Part shown: one piece after another, positions 16,883 to 35,608 of the stretch | How positions within the stretch are numbered: position 1 is the first letter of the stretch | How the letters are laid out: each line of letters begins with the position of its first letter | DNA from: the human T2T-CHM13v2.0 reference genome, Homo sapiens | Direction: 5' to 3' (one strand) | Assembly: GCF_009914755.1 (NCBI RefSeq) | Contig: NC_060942.1 | Length of the DNA: 64,000 nt | Made by a program: the position numbers and the translations under genes | The notes under the pieces: generated by a model | Told to the model about the DNA's origin: nothing | Databases searched by the model: none | Seen by the model: only the letters and a program-made list of their open reading frames with translations

Positions 16883-17906
16883 GTTAAAAGCCAATGAATA
16901 AATTAATGAATGAATGCATAAAATATCTGCCCTCAGGAAATAGTCTAGAGGGGGCAGCAGATATGTAGATAGATAAAAGCAGAATAAGGCTCCAGGTCTC
17001 ATCCCATCTCCTAATCCTTATGCCGGGCTAGGCCCTTGACACACGTGCTAGGTCCATATGGCATCTGATTGAATGGGTGCATTAATGATTCCCATTCTTT
17101 CTTGCAAGCAGCTTTGCAACCACTCTTCTATTGATCTTGTGATGGCCTTGAATTGTGGGTAAGTAGACAGAAGGTAGGTTTTTGCGTGAAGAGACAGAGA
17201 CCTTACTAAGCTAAATGGATTGCCCAATTCACAGCAAATTGAGAGGGAGCCAGGCTGCAGGCTCGGACTCCTCATCTTGACCAGAGTCATTGTCTTTGGT
17301 TAAATAACCAAAGTAACAAATGTTGGCTATAAACTCTCCTAATATATTTGGTTAATTATGTAAGTTGCCAACTAAGAGTAGCATCAAAAGTATTTGACAC
17401 TTTACTGTTAACCTCTCTTAAGAACTCATTTTTGGAAATAAGATGTTAAAACCCTCAGTGGCTAGAGAGAAGAAAAACCAGCTGATATGCAATCTGTGCT
17501 TAGGTATTAAAGCTTCTCTTAGCACCTGCCCCCTCTCCACTTTTCTTTTTTTGATGAACAACACTTAAATACCAGTAGCAATATGTCCAGGATTAATAAG
17601 TCAATTTTCTATGATAAAAGAAGCATTAAAAAAAAAAAAACCTGGAAGATAGTTTGAGCAAATAGAAGTGTTAACTTCATGAGGAAAGAGGTCAGTGGTA
17701 GTTCTAGGTCTCTACTGGGGGAACTAGTACATCCTTGTTATAAGGAAAAGCAGAAGGAGAATCAAGTTGTGACTGTGCAGCCACAAGGCCAGAGCTTATA
17801 AAAAAAGCAGAGGAAGCAGAATAAACCAGGTGTCCTAGGTCTTAGAAAAGTGTGCTGGTGGCAAGAGAGAGAGAAAAGAAAAGAATAAAAATCTACTGTC
17901 TCTGTA

Positions 17907-18262
<356 letters not shown>

Positions 18263-18725
18263 AAGTAATACTACTAATATATAAATTATCTATAATATCA
18301 TATATAACATATAACATGTAATATAAGATATGATATATATCTCATATAATATATGTTATATATGAACTTGCCAACCAGGTTGTGTGTGTTTGTGCACTGG
18401 CATGTGGATGGGGGGGCTAGACAGTGCTGTGGGGATATGGGAAGCCTCTTTAGGCTCAGTCATTCTTTGTTCAGGGGACTTCATATAATGAGGTCATCAT
18501 CACTGTACTTTCTGAGATTCTCATACAGGCTGGAGAAGGTTTCAAGGGATGAGGCTTCCTTTTCAATCAGGAGTATGACAGCTTTGATGGGCACGACTCT
18601 ATACAACCATATTATTATATGTTATATTTTAATATTATTTAAGATATATATTATGCTATATTATATGTCTTATAATATATAAAACATATTATGTTAATAT
18701 TGTATATTATTATATTATATATGGA
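18263..18725. repeat. AT-rich (TA)n-like low complexity, interrupted by duplicated segment
   Basis: AT-rich blocks ~18263-18363 and ~18609-18725. Confidence 0.85.
18381..18608 (+). repeat. direct duplicate of 19582-19808
   Basis: 138/148 identical, ungapped, between 18461-18608 and 19661-19808. Confidence 0.95.
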
Positions 18726-19581
18726 AATTTTTTTGTTTGTTTCGTAGTAGAAAAGTAAGTGGCAATAGGAAGACCCATACATATGAATGACTCAGAATTT
18801 TGGACAATAATCAGGAAGCATCCCCATGTCTGGTAGACAATGGATAACCAGTTGCCTAGAACAGCTGAGTTGTTCATTTGCTCACCAGCAGTAGCAGGCT
18901 GTTCTACCTCGTCCTGGAAATGATTCCAAGGGGAGTCAGCAGCCTTGTGGCCGTGGGGACCTCATCACTGTTTGCCTTTTTATTATCAGGTAACATTAAG
19001 GCCCCCATTTTACAACTGGTTCTGGTTCTCAGATCTAATAGCTGTGCTTTTTGTGGAAAAAAAAATTTTTTTTAACATCTTTTTTTGTGGGAGGGGCTGC
19101 GAAATGAACTTTCAAAATGGGGATTGTAATACAGAAAGGCCGAGAAGCTTTGCTCTGTGGTTTTGAAGGTAAACCTTTCACTTCTGCCCTTAAGTCTGCT
19201 CTTTTTCTTTTCTCTCAGAAGTTCTGCTGCCTGAGAACTAGTCAGATGGGTCAATACCCAACACTCGAGCATAAGAGACACAGGTTTGCAAAGAGGATTC
19301 TTCATGGTGGTCAAAGGAGAGAAGGCTTGATATTTTCTCTGCTTTATCAACTTGAGCTGTGTCTGGAATGGATGTGAACACTTTTCTCAGTGGGGTTGGG
19401 CTCGGGGAAAACTAACTCTTCCCCATGCTCCGGCCCCAGGAATGCTAGCAGGGAAAGACTAAGGACAACATGGTTCCCATGAAATGAAGCTCAGCTCTAA
19501 GCTGGTATTTTACAACTAAAACCTATTTCCATTCTAACTTTGTATCGCTTCTCAAAAGTCCTAAGGGCTGTTGATGCCTCT

Positions 19582-19808
19582 TTGTGTGTTTCTGCGTTGA
19601 AATGTGGATGGGGGGCTAGCTGGTGCTGGGGTGGGGAACAGGAAGCCTCTTTAGGCTGGTCATTCTTGGTTCAGGGGACTTCGTATAATGAGGTCACCAT
19701 CACTCTACTTTCTGAGATTCTCGTACAGGCTGGAGAAGGCTTCAAGGGATGAGGCCTCCTTTTCAATCAAGAGTATGACAGCTGTGATGGGCATGACTCT
19801 ATACAACC
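19582..19808 (+). repeat. direct duplicate of 18381-18608 (likely donor)
   Basis: same alignment, core offset exactly 1200 bp. Confidence 0.95.
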
Positions 19809-20023
19809 TTTCTTTGACGCACTTGAGCTTTTGTAATAATCCCTTTAGACCAAACCACCAGCAATATGGTAGACTGACTTATACACAGGTCGACACCACT
19901 GATTTTTATCCTGGACAGCTTATGATGGAATCTTATGTTCCAGAATTAAAACTTAAAAATAAAAGTTCATCACATTCTTCCAACCTACTGAGGAAAACTG
20001 GCTTCTTTTCTGGAGTTATTTAA

Positions 20024-20413
<390 letters not shown>

Positions 20414-21582
20414 TGAAAGATGCTATCCAGTTAAAAAAGGGGAAGATAATGTTAGAAATCCTCTCACTTGTATCGTTATTTTTGGCGAAGTCCTTTTGAA
20501 CTTTCTAGCCTTCCAAAAAACCAACACCACAAGAAGAAAACAGCTAGGAACCTCTTGTTTCTTGACATTTAAGCCCGTTGTCTCTTTGGTGGTAATTCGT
20601 GTTGAAATTTAATAGTGTGATTTGGATCCCTGGCTTTTCTGTGAGTTTCATGCATACCAGGAATGGGGCTATGGAAACCCATGTACTGAGACACAATTGT
20701 AGACAAGTTGGGTTGGATAAGCTTTGGTGCAGAAAGTCCTGGTTAAAAAAAGCAAACAACAAAAAATCCTAGAGATTTAAATTCTCTTTTTTTCATGGAA
20801 TGGTGTGGGTGTATGGGTGGGAAAAAGGTATAATAGTGGGGAATGGGTGGGTATCGAATGAGTAAGTTTAATTTGACCTTTGGTAATTTATTAACTTGTT
20901 ATTGGGTTGAACTTCTAAGCTGAGATCTAAGAGTCTTCTTCAATAATATGCATGATTTGGGGGCGGGTGAGGTGGGAGCTCCATTAGTCATCCGATTCAG
21001 TTATCAAGAAAGCTCAGAATTGGGCAGGGAACAGCATGGGGCTCTGTATGTAAGTGTCTTCTGCTATCTGTCCGCCTGACATTTGGACTTTCTATTGTTC
21101 TCCTTGTGAGATTACACCTTCTCGCCCACCCCAGATCACTTTTAAGTTTCTCTGTTCTCAAATTCCTCTGGAAATGAGGTTCCCGGAGGGACAAGCAGGC
21201 AGCTACGATGTCTGGATAGCTTGCCTCCACGTTCTCCACACCAGAAGGTGGTGGAGATAAGAGCAGTGGCCACCCACCCAGCCCTGCCTTGTGGAGCCGG
21301 CCAGACTTTGTTGGCTGAGGGGACAGCTGGCCGGTGTCTGACAAGAACAATAAGGAAGAGGTAGATCAATCAGGTCGTGCAAGCTCTGACCTGCAGAACT
21401 CTTTACCGATTGCTCAATTCTTCCCTTTCTTCCACTCCAAGGGACAAAAAGTTTAGGCTTTTCCTCACAATATTCCCCTCCAGTGGGTCTCTACCCCCAG
21501 GTCCCCTTTATACAACTGTGGAGTCTCCATGAAGACCCAGAGAGATGTTCCCTCTGGTTTCCAAGTTTATGACTTTTCTAGG

Positions 21583-21615
21583 GACTGCCTCCCTTGTAGA
21601 GACTGCCTCCCTTGT
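21583..21615. repeat. 15-bp direct repeat gactgcctcccttgt x2
   Basis: 21583-21597 and 21601-21615. Confidence 0.9.
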
Positions 21616-22275
21616 TGACAAGTCTAATACCCATGCTGGCTGGAGGCGAGGGGCAAAGATAACAGGGCCAGAGAGAATCCCCCAGAGCCCTTGGAAACAG
21701 CAGCTCGCAGCTCAGTGAAGGAGGGAGTTGTTAGCAAAAGCAAGGCCTTGTGAAGGCTCTGGGGTGGTTGCCAGATGGAAGGTGCAATGTTCAAAAGGGA
21801 TTTCATCCTTAAGCAAAAAGCGTTTAGCAGCCGTCTGACTGATCATTTGGAGGAGGGGGAGATATTATGCCAATTAAGTCAAGACAGTAGCATCTTGTTC
21901 CCCTTGCAGTGAGCCCTGATAAAATTGCCTGTCCAGGGGAAGGAAAGCATTTCATTATTTCACCTTTGAAAAAGGATAATCCTTTCTGTATTTCCTCTCT
22001 GGGGGAGGGCGTCCTTTGTTCTTTTGCCTCTGACCCATAGCTACTTCTCACATTCAGCTTTGGGGTAAAGAACTTGGAATTTTTTTCAAGTGCGTGATTA
22101 AATGACTGAGTTATTAGACAAGGGAGGACCAATCTCAGGGATTCTGTAATTAATAAAACCAGGAGTGATACCATGGGGACCTCACAGGATCCTCATTCCA
22201 GGCTGGGGTTGTGAATACACTGGAAGTTCCCTCCTGTCCCTGAGGGATTCCTGGGTGGGCCCCTCAGCAGTGACT

Positions 22276-22573
22276 CTTTTTTTTGAGACAGAACCTCGTT
22301 CTCTCACCCAGGCTGGAAGTGCAATGGCACAATCCTGGCTCATTGCAACTTCCGCCCCCACCCCAGGTTCAAGCGATTCTCCTGCCTCAGCCTCCCAGTT
22401 AGGTGGGATTACAAGTGTGCACCACCACCACGCCTGGCTTATTTTTGTGTTTTTAGTAAAGATGGGGTTTTACCATGTTGGCCAGGCTGGTCTCGAACTC
22501 CTGACCTCAGGTGATCTGCCTGCCTCAGCCTCCCAAAGTGCTGGAATTACAGGTGTGAAACACCGCGCCTGGC
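22276..22573 (-). mobile_element. AluS
   Basis: TSD tcagcaStgactctt. Confidence 0.95.
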
Positions 22574-22724
22574 CTCAGCACTGACTCTTGCTCAGCATTG
22601 ACTCATGGGCAGATATGAAACTCTGGAGAAGACCTTTTAGATTCAGAAGGACACCAGCTACCACTCCAATGCTCTTACTGCAGGATAGAAAGTAGTCAGG
22701 GAAGTCATTGCTTTCCAGAATCAC

Positions 22725-22850
22725 TAAACTTGGAAACTGGGAAGGATCTCAAAGCTCATCAAGCCCAGTGTCTCCGTTTTACAGCTGAGGAAGCTGAGGC
22801 TGGAGCCGCCTGAGTGACTTTCCCGAGGTGGAACCACGAGTCAGCTGAAT
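22725..22850 (-). mobile_element. MIR fragment
   Basis: ccgttttacagctgaggaagctgaggc core. Confidence 0.6.
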
Positions 22851-22857
22851 GAGTCTA

Positions 22858-23388
<531 letters not shown>

Positions 23389-23942
23389 TTAGAAAACCTG
23401 CCTCACATAGTTCCTCAAGTCATTGTGTTCTCAGCCTGGTCAGGAAGTTCCAAGCATCCTTTTACCAGTCTTCAAAGTTGTTTTAATCATGAACCGTCTT
23501 TCACTGAGGAATGAAAGCCTTCCTTGTACCAGTGAAGAATGCTATTTTACTATCCTCCTCCTCTGGGGTGATCTTTTCTTTCAGGTAAAATTCAAGGACC
23601 TCGCCTTTTCTTAGAAGGGTCAATGATGAAGAGTGTCTTTTCCCAACTTTGGTTATCACCTTGCTATGGTCTCACTTCCGAAGGAGTGGTAGAATCAGGC
23701 TTCAGGATTCTCTGCTGGCCACCGGTTCTCCTCTCATCATTCTGGGCACTGGGCGGCAGGTGACCCAAAAGGAAAAATGGAAACTGGTTCTCATCCCACT
23801 GTAGAGGGAAAATTTTCTGGGAACAGACTGGGCGTATTTTGCCTACTATTGATATTTTAATGGGAGCAACAGCTTTCCTGAGGACCTGACCATAGGCATC
23901 AGTGTCAACTAACACTGTGGTGTGAGTGTCCAGAAAGGTTAG

Positions 23943-24250
<308 letters not shown>

Positions 24251-24309
24251 AAGGTTGATTTTTGAATATGCAATTGATTGGGAGGCTTAATAATACTAGT
24301 GAGGGTGCA

Positions 24310-24345
24310 GTGTGTGCATGTGTGTGTGTGTGTGTGTGTGTGTGT
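24310..24345. repeat. (TG)n microsatellite
   Basis: direct read. Confidence 0.95.
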
Positions 24346-25262
24346 TTAGTGCAGAGTAGGGAGGAGGATACTGGCCTGGCCCTCGACTAAATCTTTTGGG
24401 CAGGACATTTATTGGAAATGTTATGGGATGCGTGTGGAGCTTATAGAATTACCTGTCTAATAGCGGAAGTTCTTTGAGCTGGCAAGCCTCAGAAATCAAG
24501 TCCCTAGGGCTGCCCCACTCAGCCCTCAGTACTTTAGTCACAGCATGCTTGCTGCCCACGATTTGGAGAATATTTTGAGCCCTCCTAGAGTATTGATCTA
24601 CTTCTCATGATTCTGTCTGGCAGTGCACACTTATGCATTTCCTTGTCCCGGGGTCCTTCTCCTCTGTTTCTGAAATGAAAGGGGGACAGGGGTTGTTAGG
24701 CCATGAAGACTTCCCCATCTTTTATTCTTTACAGTTCTCTCTCATCCAAAAATGATAAAATATCAGAGATCCAAATTTTACTTTTATTTGGAGTTAAAAT
24801 AATTTTGATACTTTTGATATTAAGAGGATAGTAAAGAATAAAAGATGGAGAAGGCTTCTTCCTCCAAATTCCCAGATCCCCTTTTACCTCAGAAGCAGAG
24901 CAGAGGGACCCCAAGATAGGGAAATGGGTGAGTACACACTGGCACTGCCAGGCAGAATCACAGAGCTGGAGGGAACACGTGCGTGACTGTCCATTCATCA
25001 TCCTAGCCTTGACCTCTTCATTCCTCAGACTTCTCCAGAAAGGAAAACAGCAGTGGTGGGAAGGGCTGAGGGGAGGTCAGGGGGCAGTTAGGGAAGGGGT
25101 GATGAGGGCTATTTCTTGGACACTCCTAGCACAGGCAGTGGCAAGAGCACCAAATCGCTCTGAAGTATGGACTGAGCTGTTACCATTCATTAGAGGCCTG
25201 TGTGAGGATCCAAATAGCCTAACTGGAGTTGATTGACTCTCCTGACAGGTATAACCACTCCA

Positions 25263-25578
<316 letters not shown>

Positions 25579-26239
25579 CCACTCCCATTTTCTGAATCTT
25601 TCAGAATTTCAGATTGCCTTAAACTGCCCAAAAAAGCTGCTATAAAACCTCAACATATCGCTGCTGCACAAAACCACCCAAACCATCTTCAGACCTCTGC
25701 CCTCTGGCATGTGAGTGGCCTGCATTTCAGGAGGTGAAAGATCAGACCTTTGTTATTTGTTAAAGCACTCAGCAACCCAGAACTAAACATGCATGCCGAT
25801 GTTGATTTGAGAACTAAAGGATATCTTTCAAGTCCAATAAATGTGATAAAAATAAACAACATCCTTTCATAAATTTCATGGAGCATGGCTCTGTGTTTAT
25901 CTTGTGTCATGTACTTGAGATTACCCCATTGGGGGAAGAAAACACTTGATGAATGCAGGGAGTCTATTTTGTAATCTGCAGTGGTTGGAAAATATTTTCC
26001 TACTTCCTACCATGCCCTTTTTTGGCTTCTCTAAGGAAGTTATTAATGGTGCACTTTACAGTATTAGAATGCAGCAGCTTCTAATGAGAAATCCAAAAGA
26101 TTCCTAGGTTGCAGCCACCCTCCTATGTGGTAGCTGCTTATAAAACGATTCCATGTTCTTTTTTCTTCTACCCAGTGGCTGAAGAGTTTTACTTGGGGTA
26201 TTATGATATCTGAGAATAACAACAACAGTAGTAATAACA

Positions 26240-26750
<511 letters not shown>

Positions 26751-26794
26751 TGATTGAATGAATACATCAGCTGTGACTCAGTTGTGAAGCACAT

Positions 26795-27985
<1,191 letters not shown>

Positions 27986-28139
27986 AGGTGAATCCAGGAC
28001 AGGGGTTATTAGGAATGACTTAAAATCAAACTAGGAATGTATTTTACTGAGGAAAAGATCATAGAGGCTTGAGAAGGGAAAAGTGGAGAGAGAGCACCCA
28101 CACTTCTATTTCTAATCAGTCTGAAAAATGAGGTTTTAG

Positions 28140-28600
<461 letters not shown>

Positions 28601-29429
28601 TGAAAATTGAGGCTTCCATGAGCAACTTTTAACTTTTACCCATGCAGTCAGCTCCCTGACAAGCAGGAGCTCCTGAAGGGGCATGTCCAACAGTATACAT
28701 GGTGGATGCAAAGGAACAAAAGTTTATCCTGCATGGTAGAACATTCTACAAAAATAAGGTATTTTTCTAGTCTGTTTTCTACTGGAGAAAATCTTTTCTA
28801 ACCTAGCCTGAGGGAAGAACACTTGTCATAAACCATCATTTTGCAGGAACCTACAATTGTGACCGAATGGGGACAGGCCAGTTAGTGGATTATGGAGGTG
28901 AATATTCCAAGGGTGAGGGTGGATCCTGAGATATGCAAAGTCTGGCTTCTAATGCAGATATGCTTATCAGACCGGAATCCTGCAGGTTCCGAGAGGAAGT
29001 AGAAATAAGGGATAAGGAAGAGTTAGTGGTCTCTGAACGGAGACAGGAGGTGGGGGGGTATTGTTGTCTACCCTGGGAGGCCTAATCTAAGGGCCACTGA
29101 TGACACTACAGATGAAAACTGCAAAAAACCAAGGCCTGGGGTGAGGGAGGGAGGGCCAGCATCCGCATGGACCAAGGTCATTTGGGGATTAGAAAATGAA
29201 ATCATTATAGGATTTCCAGGAAATGCTCTTCTTCTGTCCGCACTCCCACCCTCACCTACCAAGGTGCGCTAGACTGTCATATTGTTGTTAAAATAAATTA
29301 ACCTCTTTGAGGGTATTGGAAGAATTCATTCCTTGACACTTTGTTGGGATAATTGCAAAACTCCTCTGGGGTTTGGAAATCTCTGGGAAGACCAGTGGTC
29401 TTGGGTATAATGATAAAAAGAACATATCT

Positions 29430-29870
29430 TTACAGAATGCTTGTTATAGACCAGGCTCCGGGACAGGCAGCGGAAGTGCACTTTACAATGTAATCCTCAC
29501 ACAATCTCAGGAGACAAGTACCATTATTATCCATATTTTGCAAATAAAGAAATAGAGAACCAGGCACAGTGGCATGCCCCTGTAGTCCCAGCTACTTGGG
29601 AGGCTGAAGTGGGAGGATCGATTAAGCCCAGAAGTTTGAGGCTGCAGTCAGCTATGATCATGTTACTGCACATCAGCCTGGATGACAGAGTGAGACTCTA
29701 TCTCTAAAACAAACAAACAAATACATAAATATGTACATAAAATAGTTTTTTTAAAAAAGAAGAAGACAACTTGAAGAAACAGGTAATTTGCCCAATCTCA
29801 CCGAGCCAGTGACAGGCAGATCTGAGTGCCTGACCTCCATGCAGTTGACTCTATAACCTGTCCTCTCAGC
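29430..29870 (-). mobile_element. MIR split by FRAM/Alu right monomer (29558-29730, plus)
   Basis: aatcctcacacaatctc, attatccatattttgcaaataaagaaa, taatttgcccaa. Confidence 0.7.
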
Positions 29871-31523
29871 CAGTGTGGAGTCCAGGCAGGGGACACATAA
29901 AAGAGGGACCAAAGGGCTTTTTGGGAAGGAAGCATTTCTTTGTCCTACATTCTCAGAATTGAGCCACAAAAGGCTGAAGGCCAGTTAATGTTGATTTCAA
30001 ATTAAGGACTCATTCGTTTTCTCAACCTCTCACTTACAAAGAAACACCTACATTCTTCCTTCTTGAAGTTATTTGATTTTCACATTATACTTTAAGGGAT
30101 ATCCGCTATTTACCCAATGCTTTCCTGTTCAGTCTTTTCAGACTACGAATCTTGTATATTTTATATACACAAAGGTGACTTTTCCTTCCTTTAATGACCA
30201 GTGCTTATCAGCTCAAGCAACTGATACTGAGCTCATAAATATGTCACTCTGAGTTCAGTCCCAGCCCTTCTCCTTTTTAAGAGGAATTTTTGCATGGCAA
30301 TTTTTCTCCCCCACTCTTTTCCTAACCCTGTGCAGATTGCACTTGTGCCCCAGAAACACCCTTGGGCTATGTTTTGGTTTTACTCCCCCTTGGCAAATAT
30401 AAATAAGTGACGGACTGGTGCTTACACACCAAAATCATTTCAGCAGAAGCCTGTAGACAATATAAAACCAGGCCCGTGGAGCCAGCGCCTTCCGATTCCA
30501 ATTAAATATTTCCTGTAAGTCAGTGCCAATTGTGCATCTTGTAAGAACATTTGAAAGCAGAAGTTTGAACTCACAGGGACCCCGTTGCCTTAAAAACCTG
30601 TTTCCTGTTTGACAAGACTTTACTAGTAGGAGCTAAGAAGCATATTCAGCAACTAAAGTCATTGTTAGTGGCTCAGATGTGCAAAGGTGGTGGTTTCCTT
30701 TCTTGAGTGCCCATCATTACAGCCTCTTTCAGTTGTAGATTTCTCTCTTCCAGATAGTCTCTCTGAACATTAGAACTCTTTTGCTAAGGGCCCTAATGAC
30801 ATTTCCAGGGTTACAGGAAATATTTGCTTATCTCCCTATCAGTAGATCCCCCCCTCCCTGCCACCCCACCCCCGCCGTGCGGTCTTGTGAAGTTGCAAAA
30901 TCTCTTTGAGACAACCCTTGTAGGTATTATGTCCATCTTGCAGATGAGGAAACTGAGGCTCAGGGTCCACATCTTCTTCAGCTTTGTCTAGAGCACAGTA
31001 GATTGTTAGCGACCAGGTGTTTAAGGGTCTGCTCTGCCTCTTGTGTCATGACTTTGCACAAGTTACTGAAACAAGTGCTTGTCTCAGTGATCCGATCCAT
31101 AAACTGGGGCAAATGTCGGCAGGAAATGGGCATCATAGATACGAAATACCCTTAAGTTGGTCATAAGAAGGGCATTATATTGTAATAACATTGGTGTGCC
31201 TTGAGGACAGTATGTGAGGTGACTTAGGCCAGACACAGAAAGACAAATACCGTATGATCTCACTTGTAGGTAGAATCCAAAAACGTGCAACTCATAGAAG
31301 CAGAGTAGAATGGTGGTTGCCATGGGCTGTGGGGATGGAAAAATGGGGAAATGTTGGTCAAAGGGCACAAAGTTTCAGCTAAGCAAGATGAATAAGTAAT
31401 GGAGATCTAAGATACAATACAGTGACTATAGGTAGAAGACTGGATTATATGCCTGAAATTTTCTGAGAGAGTAGTAGATCTTAAATGTTCTCACCACAAA
31501 AAATAAAAATAAAAAGCATGTGA

Positions 31524-32197
<674 letters not shown>

Positions 32198-32261
32198 TAT
32201 ACAATATTTATTTTTATTATTTAATGTACTCTATACTTCAATGGATGCAAGACTGTATAAA

Positions 32262-32858
32262 TTTTTTTTTTTTTTTTTTGAGACAGGGTCTCACTCTGTC
32301 ACGCAGGCTGGAGTGCAGTGGCGTGATCTTGGTGCACTGCAACCTCCACCTTCCAGGTTCAAAGCCTCCCAAGTAGCTGGGACTATAGGTGCACTCTACC
32401 ATGCCCAGCTAATTTTTGTATTTTTTGTAGAGATGGGGTTTCACCATATTGGCTAGGCTGGTCTTGAACTTCTGGGCCCAAGTGATCCACCAGCTTCAGT
32501 CTCCCGAAGTGTTGGGATTACAGGTGTGAGCCACTGTGCCCAGCCAATTGTATACAATTTTTTTAAAAAAGTTTTTGAGATAAGGTCTTCTACTGTCACC
32601 CAGGCTGGAGTGCAGTGGTGCAATAATAGCTCACTGCAGCCTCAAATTCCTAGGCTCAAGCAATCCTCCCACCTCCGCCTCCCAAACAGCTAGGAGTACA
32701 GGTGCGTGCCACCATGCCTGGCTAATTTTTAATTTTTTTGTAGAGATGGGGTCTTGTTATGTTGCCCAGGCAGGTCTTGAACTCCTGACCTCATGCAATC
32801 CTCCCACCTTGGCTTTCCAAAGCACGGAGATTATAGGCGTGAACCACTGCACCTGGTC
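32262..32858 (-). mobile_element. two tandem AluJ (32262-32545, 32572-32858)
   Basis: Alu matches, repeated flank tgtatRcaatttt. Confidence 0.93.
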
Positions 32859-33357
32859 CTGTATGCAATTTTCATTTGCCAATTACACTTCAATAAGACC
32901 AAAAAAAATAAAGGCACTATATAATATTATTATTATAGTTTCATTATCATCATTTAAAAAATAACAGTGGACAACAATCTTAGGACTAAAACTCAAAGTA
33001 CTCTGTGATCTGGCCCTAGTCTGTCAGGCTTTTTTCCAGCCATGACTCCCTCCTTCCACTCTCCCCTTTCACATACACAAACACACACACACACTCACAC
33101 ATCTTTGAACCTTCTTCTCTGGATTTTTGTCTACATGATCCCTTCTATCTGGGGCACTCAATTCTCCCTACTTGGTCGCTCTGCTTCCATGTGGCCATTT
33201 CAGCTCCCTTGGGGATTAGGCTGGTGCAGTAAAGAGTGTTGGCGTCAAAACCAGAAAGGCCTTCATTCGAAGCCTAGTGTACTATCAGTGTGATTTAGCT
33301 AAGTTATCTCACCTCTCTGGGCCTTAGGGTGCTCATCTCTAAAGTAGGTTAACACTC

Positions 33358-33480
33358 TTTTTTTGAGATGGGGTCCTGCTATGTTGCCCAGGCTGGTCTT
33401 GAACTCCTTGGGCTTAAGCAATACTCCTGCCTCAGCCTTCCAAAGTGCTGGGTTACAGGTATCAGCCCCCATGCCCGGCC
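33358..33480 (-). mobile_element. FLAM inside a MIR/L2 remnant
   Basis: left monomer; TSD aacaYtct. Confidence 0.88.
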
Positions 33481-33908
33481 AACATTCTCTATCTCACCAT
33501 ATTATGAAGACCAAATGAGCTACCCCCGGCCCAGCATGGGTACAGAATAAACCTGCGTTCCTGCTTCCCATTCCCTCAAATAAAATTCATCTTGTGCTCT
33601 TTTGCACCATCAATGTATTTGCTTGTATCTCTACTATAACATCTGCCAAATTCCAGCTTGTCTTGTTGTCCCTTGTATATGTCTCTGCTGCCCGCATGAA
33701 GCTGTGAGCTGAGAGCCAGGAAAACACCTGATTTATGTTTGTATCCACCACTGTCATTGCCTCATAGTAAGCCTTCAGTGTTTTGATAGAACTCCAGGAA
33801 TGTTATCAGCTGGCTCTCCTGGATCTGATTACCTTGTGGGCTGGGCTGGTGTTTAATACTCACTGGCTAATTTGTAGAGTCTTGGAAGCTGAGCCATAGA
33901 CGGGCTAA

Positions 33909-33919
33909 GTGAGTCAGCA
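33909..33919 (+). promoter_or_regulatory. NF-E2/NRF2/BACH-sMaf (ARE) motif GTGAGTCAGCA
   Basis: exact match to RTGASTCAGCA; motif only. Confidence 0.3.
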
Positions 33920-34396
33920 ATGAGGTGCTGTCATTCCAGAAGTCACCCTGCAGCTCAGCCTCCAAACTGCCTTCTTTTACCTTGCCAGCTTTGCCCAAAT
34001 CTAATGAAGTATACTTTTGCATAACCATGTGACTATAATTTTATAAAGCAAGATTTAAGCATTCACTTAACAAACATAATATGAATATTGTTGGTATTAT
34101 GGATACTGATGCTAATGGATAGGTACTACATTCTAGGCAGTATGCTAGGCCCTTCTGCGTATAATATTAATCTCATGAAAATGCTGACGGGTAGTATTTT
34201 TTCCCATTTTACAGAAAAGTGGTGCTTAAACTGTCCTTTCAATATCCAATGCTAGATTCTAGAGGTATTAGCAAACACCAAGCTCTTGGTTGTTAAGATC
34301 ACAACATATTGGCAGGGACAGATGGGCAAACAAATCATTAAATGCATCATGAGACACATATGCTGATTAAAAAGTGGAGTCAAAGAGGGGAGAATA

Positions 34397-34729
<333 letters not shown>

Positions 34730-35309
34730 TTATTAATAGGAAAAGAGGTATTAATAATATTTGAACAGAATCCTAAGGGATAAGAGGTCAGAGGACAGAT
34801 AAAGGAGAAGGCAATTCTAGGAATGAGATGATGGTTCTCAAGATTATGGAGGAAAGAACAGGGCCTGCTTCAGTTGTGGTAGAAAGAGGAGTCAAAACTT
34901 AGGCTGGGGCAGGACCATGTGCTATGCCAAAGAGCGTGGCCTTTTTCTGTGGGCAGTGGGGAGCCATTGAGAGTTCTACACAGGGAAATTACTCTGGACA
35001 ATGAAGATGCCCTGAGCCTGTTAGTTATAAAGCTATTTCAACATTAAGAGTTACTCTAATAAAAATATGAATGGATTATCATCAACATCCCAGGACATTA
35101 ACAAAATTAAGCTTCTTCTATTTCAATGCTTATTTTCTTCTTTGGATAAAGTTAGGAGGAAACATGCTGTGTATCCAAATACTTCCTTTCTGGGGCAAAG
35201 GATTTCAGAGAAAGTTCACTGTGTGGAATGTTTTGACCCATAGTATGGTAATAGTTAATCTTTTGAATGACTGTTTCTTTCTTTTTTAAAATTTTTAAAC
35301 TCTTTAAAA

Positions 35310-35608
35310 ATTTTTTTGGATTTTTTTTAGAGACAGGGCCTTGCTGTGTTGTCCAGGCTGGAGTACAGTGGCATGAACACAGCTCACTGCAGCCTCCATC
35401 TCCCAGGCTTAAACGATTTTGCCTTAGCCTCCTGAATAGCTGAGACTACAGGCATGCACTACCACCACACCTGGCTAATTTTTTTGTAGGGGGTGGGGAG
35501 GTCTCACTATATCACCCAGGCTGGTCTCGAACTCTTGAGCTGAAGTGATCCTCCTGCCTTGGCCTCCCAAAATGCTGGGATTACAGGTGTGAGCCACCAT
35601 GCCCAGCC
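35310..35608 (-). mobile_element. AluJ
   Basis: Alu consensus match. Confidence 0.93.

Noticed and set aside
18353-20023. Two paralogous-looking ORFs (MRSSSLYFLRFSYRLEK / MRSPSLYFLRFSYRLEK)
   Set aside because: The similarity is explained by the DNA duplication, the flanking peptide is unrelated, and many substitutions are non-synonymous; no sign of coding constraint
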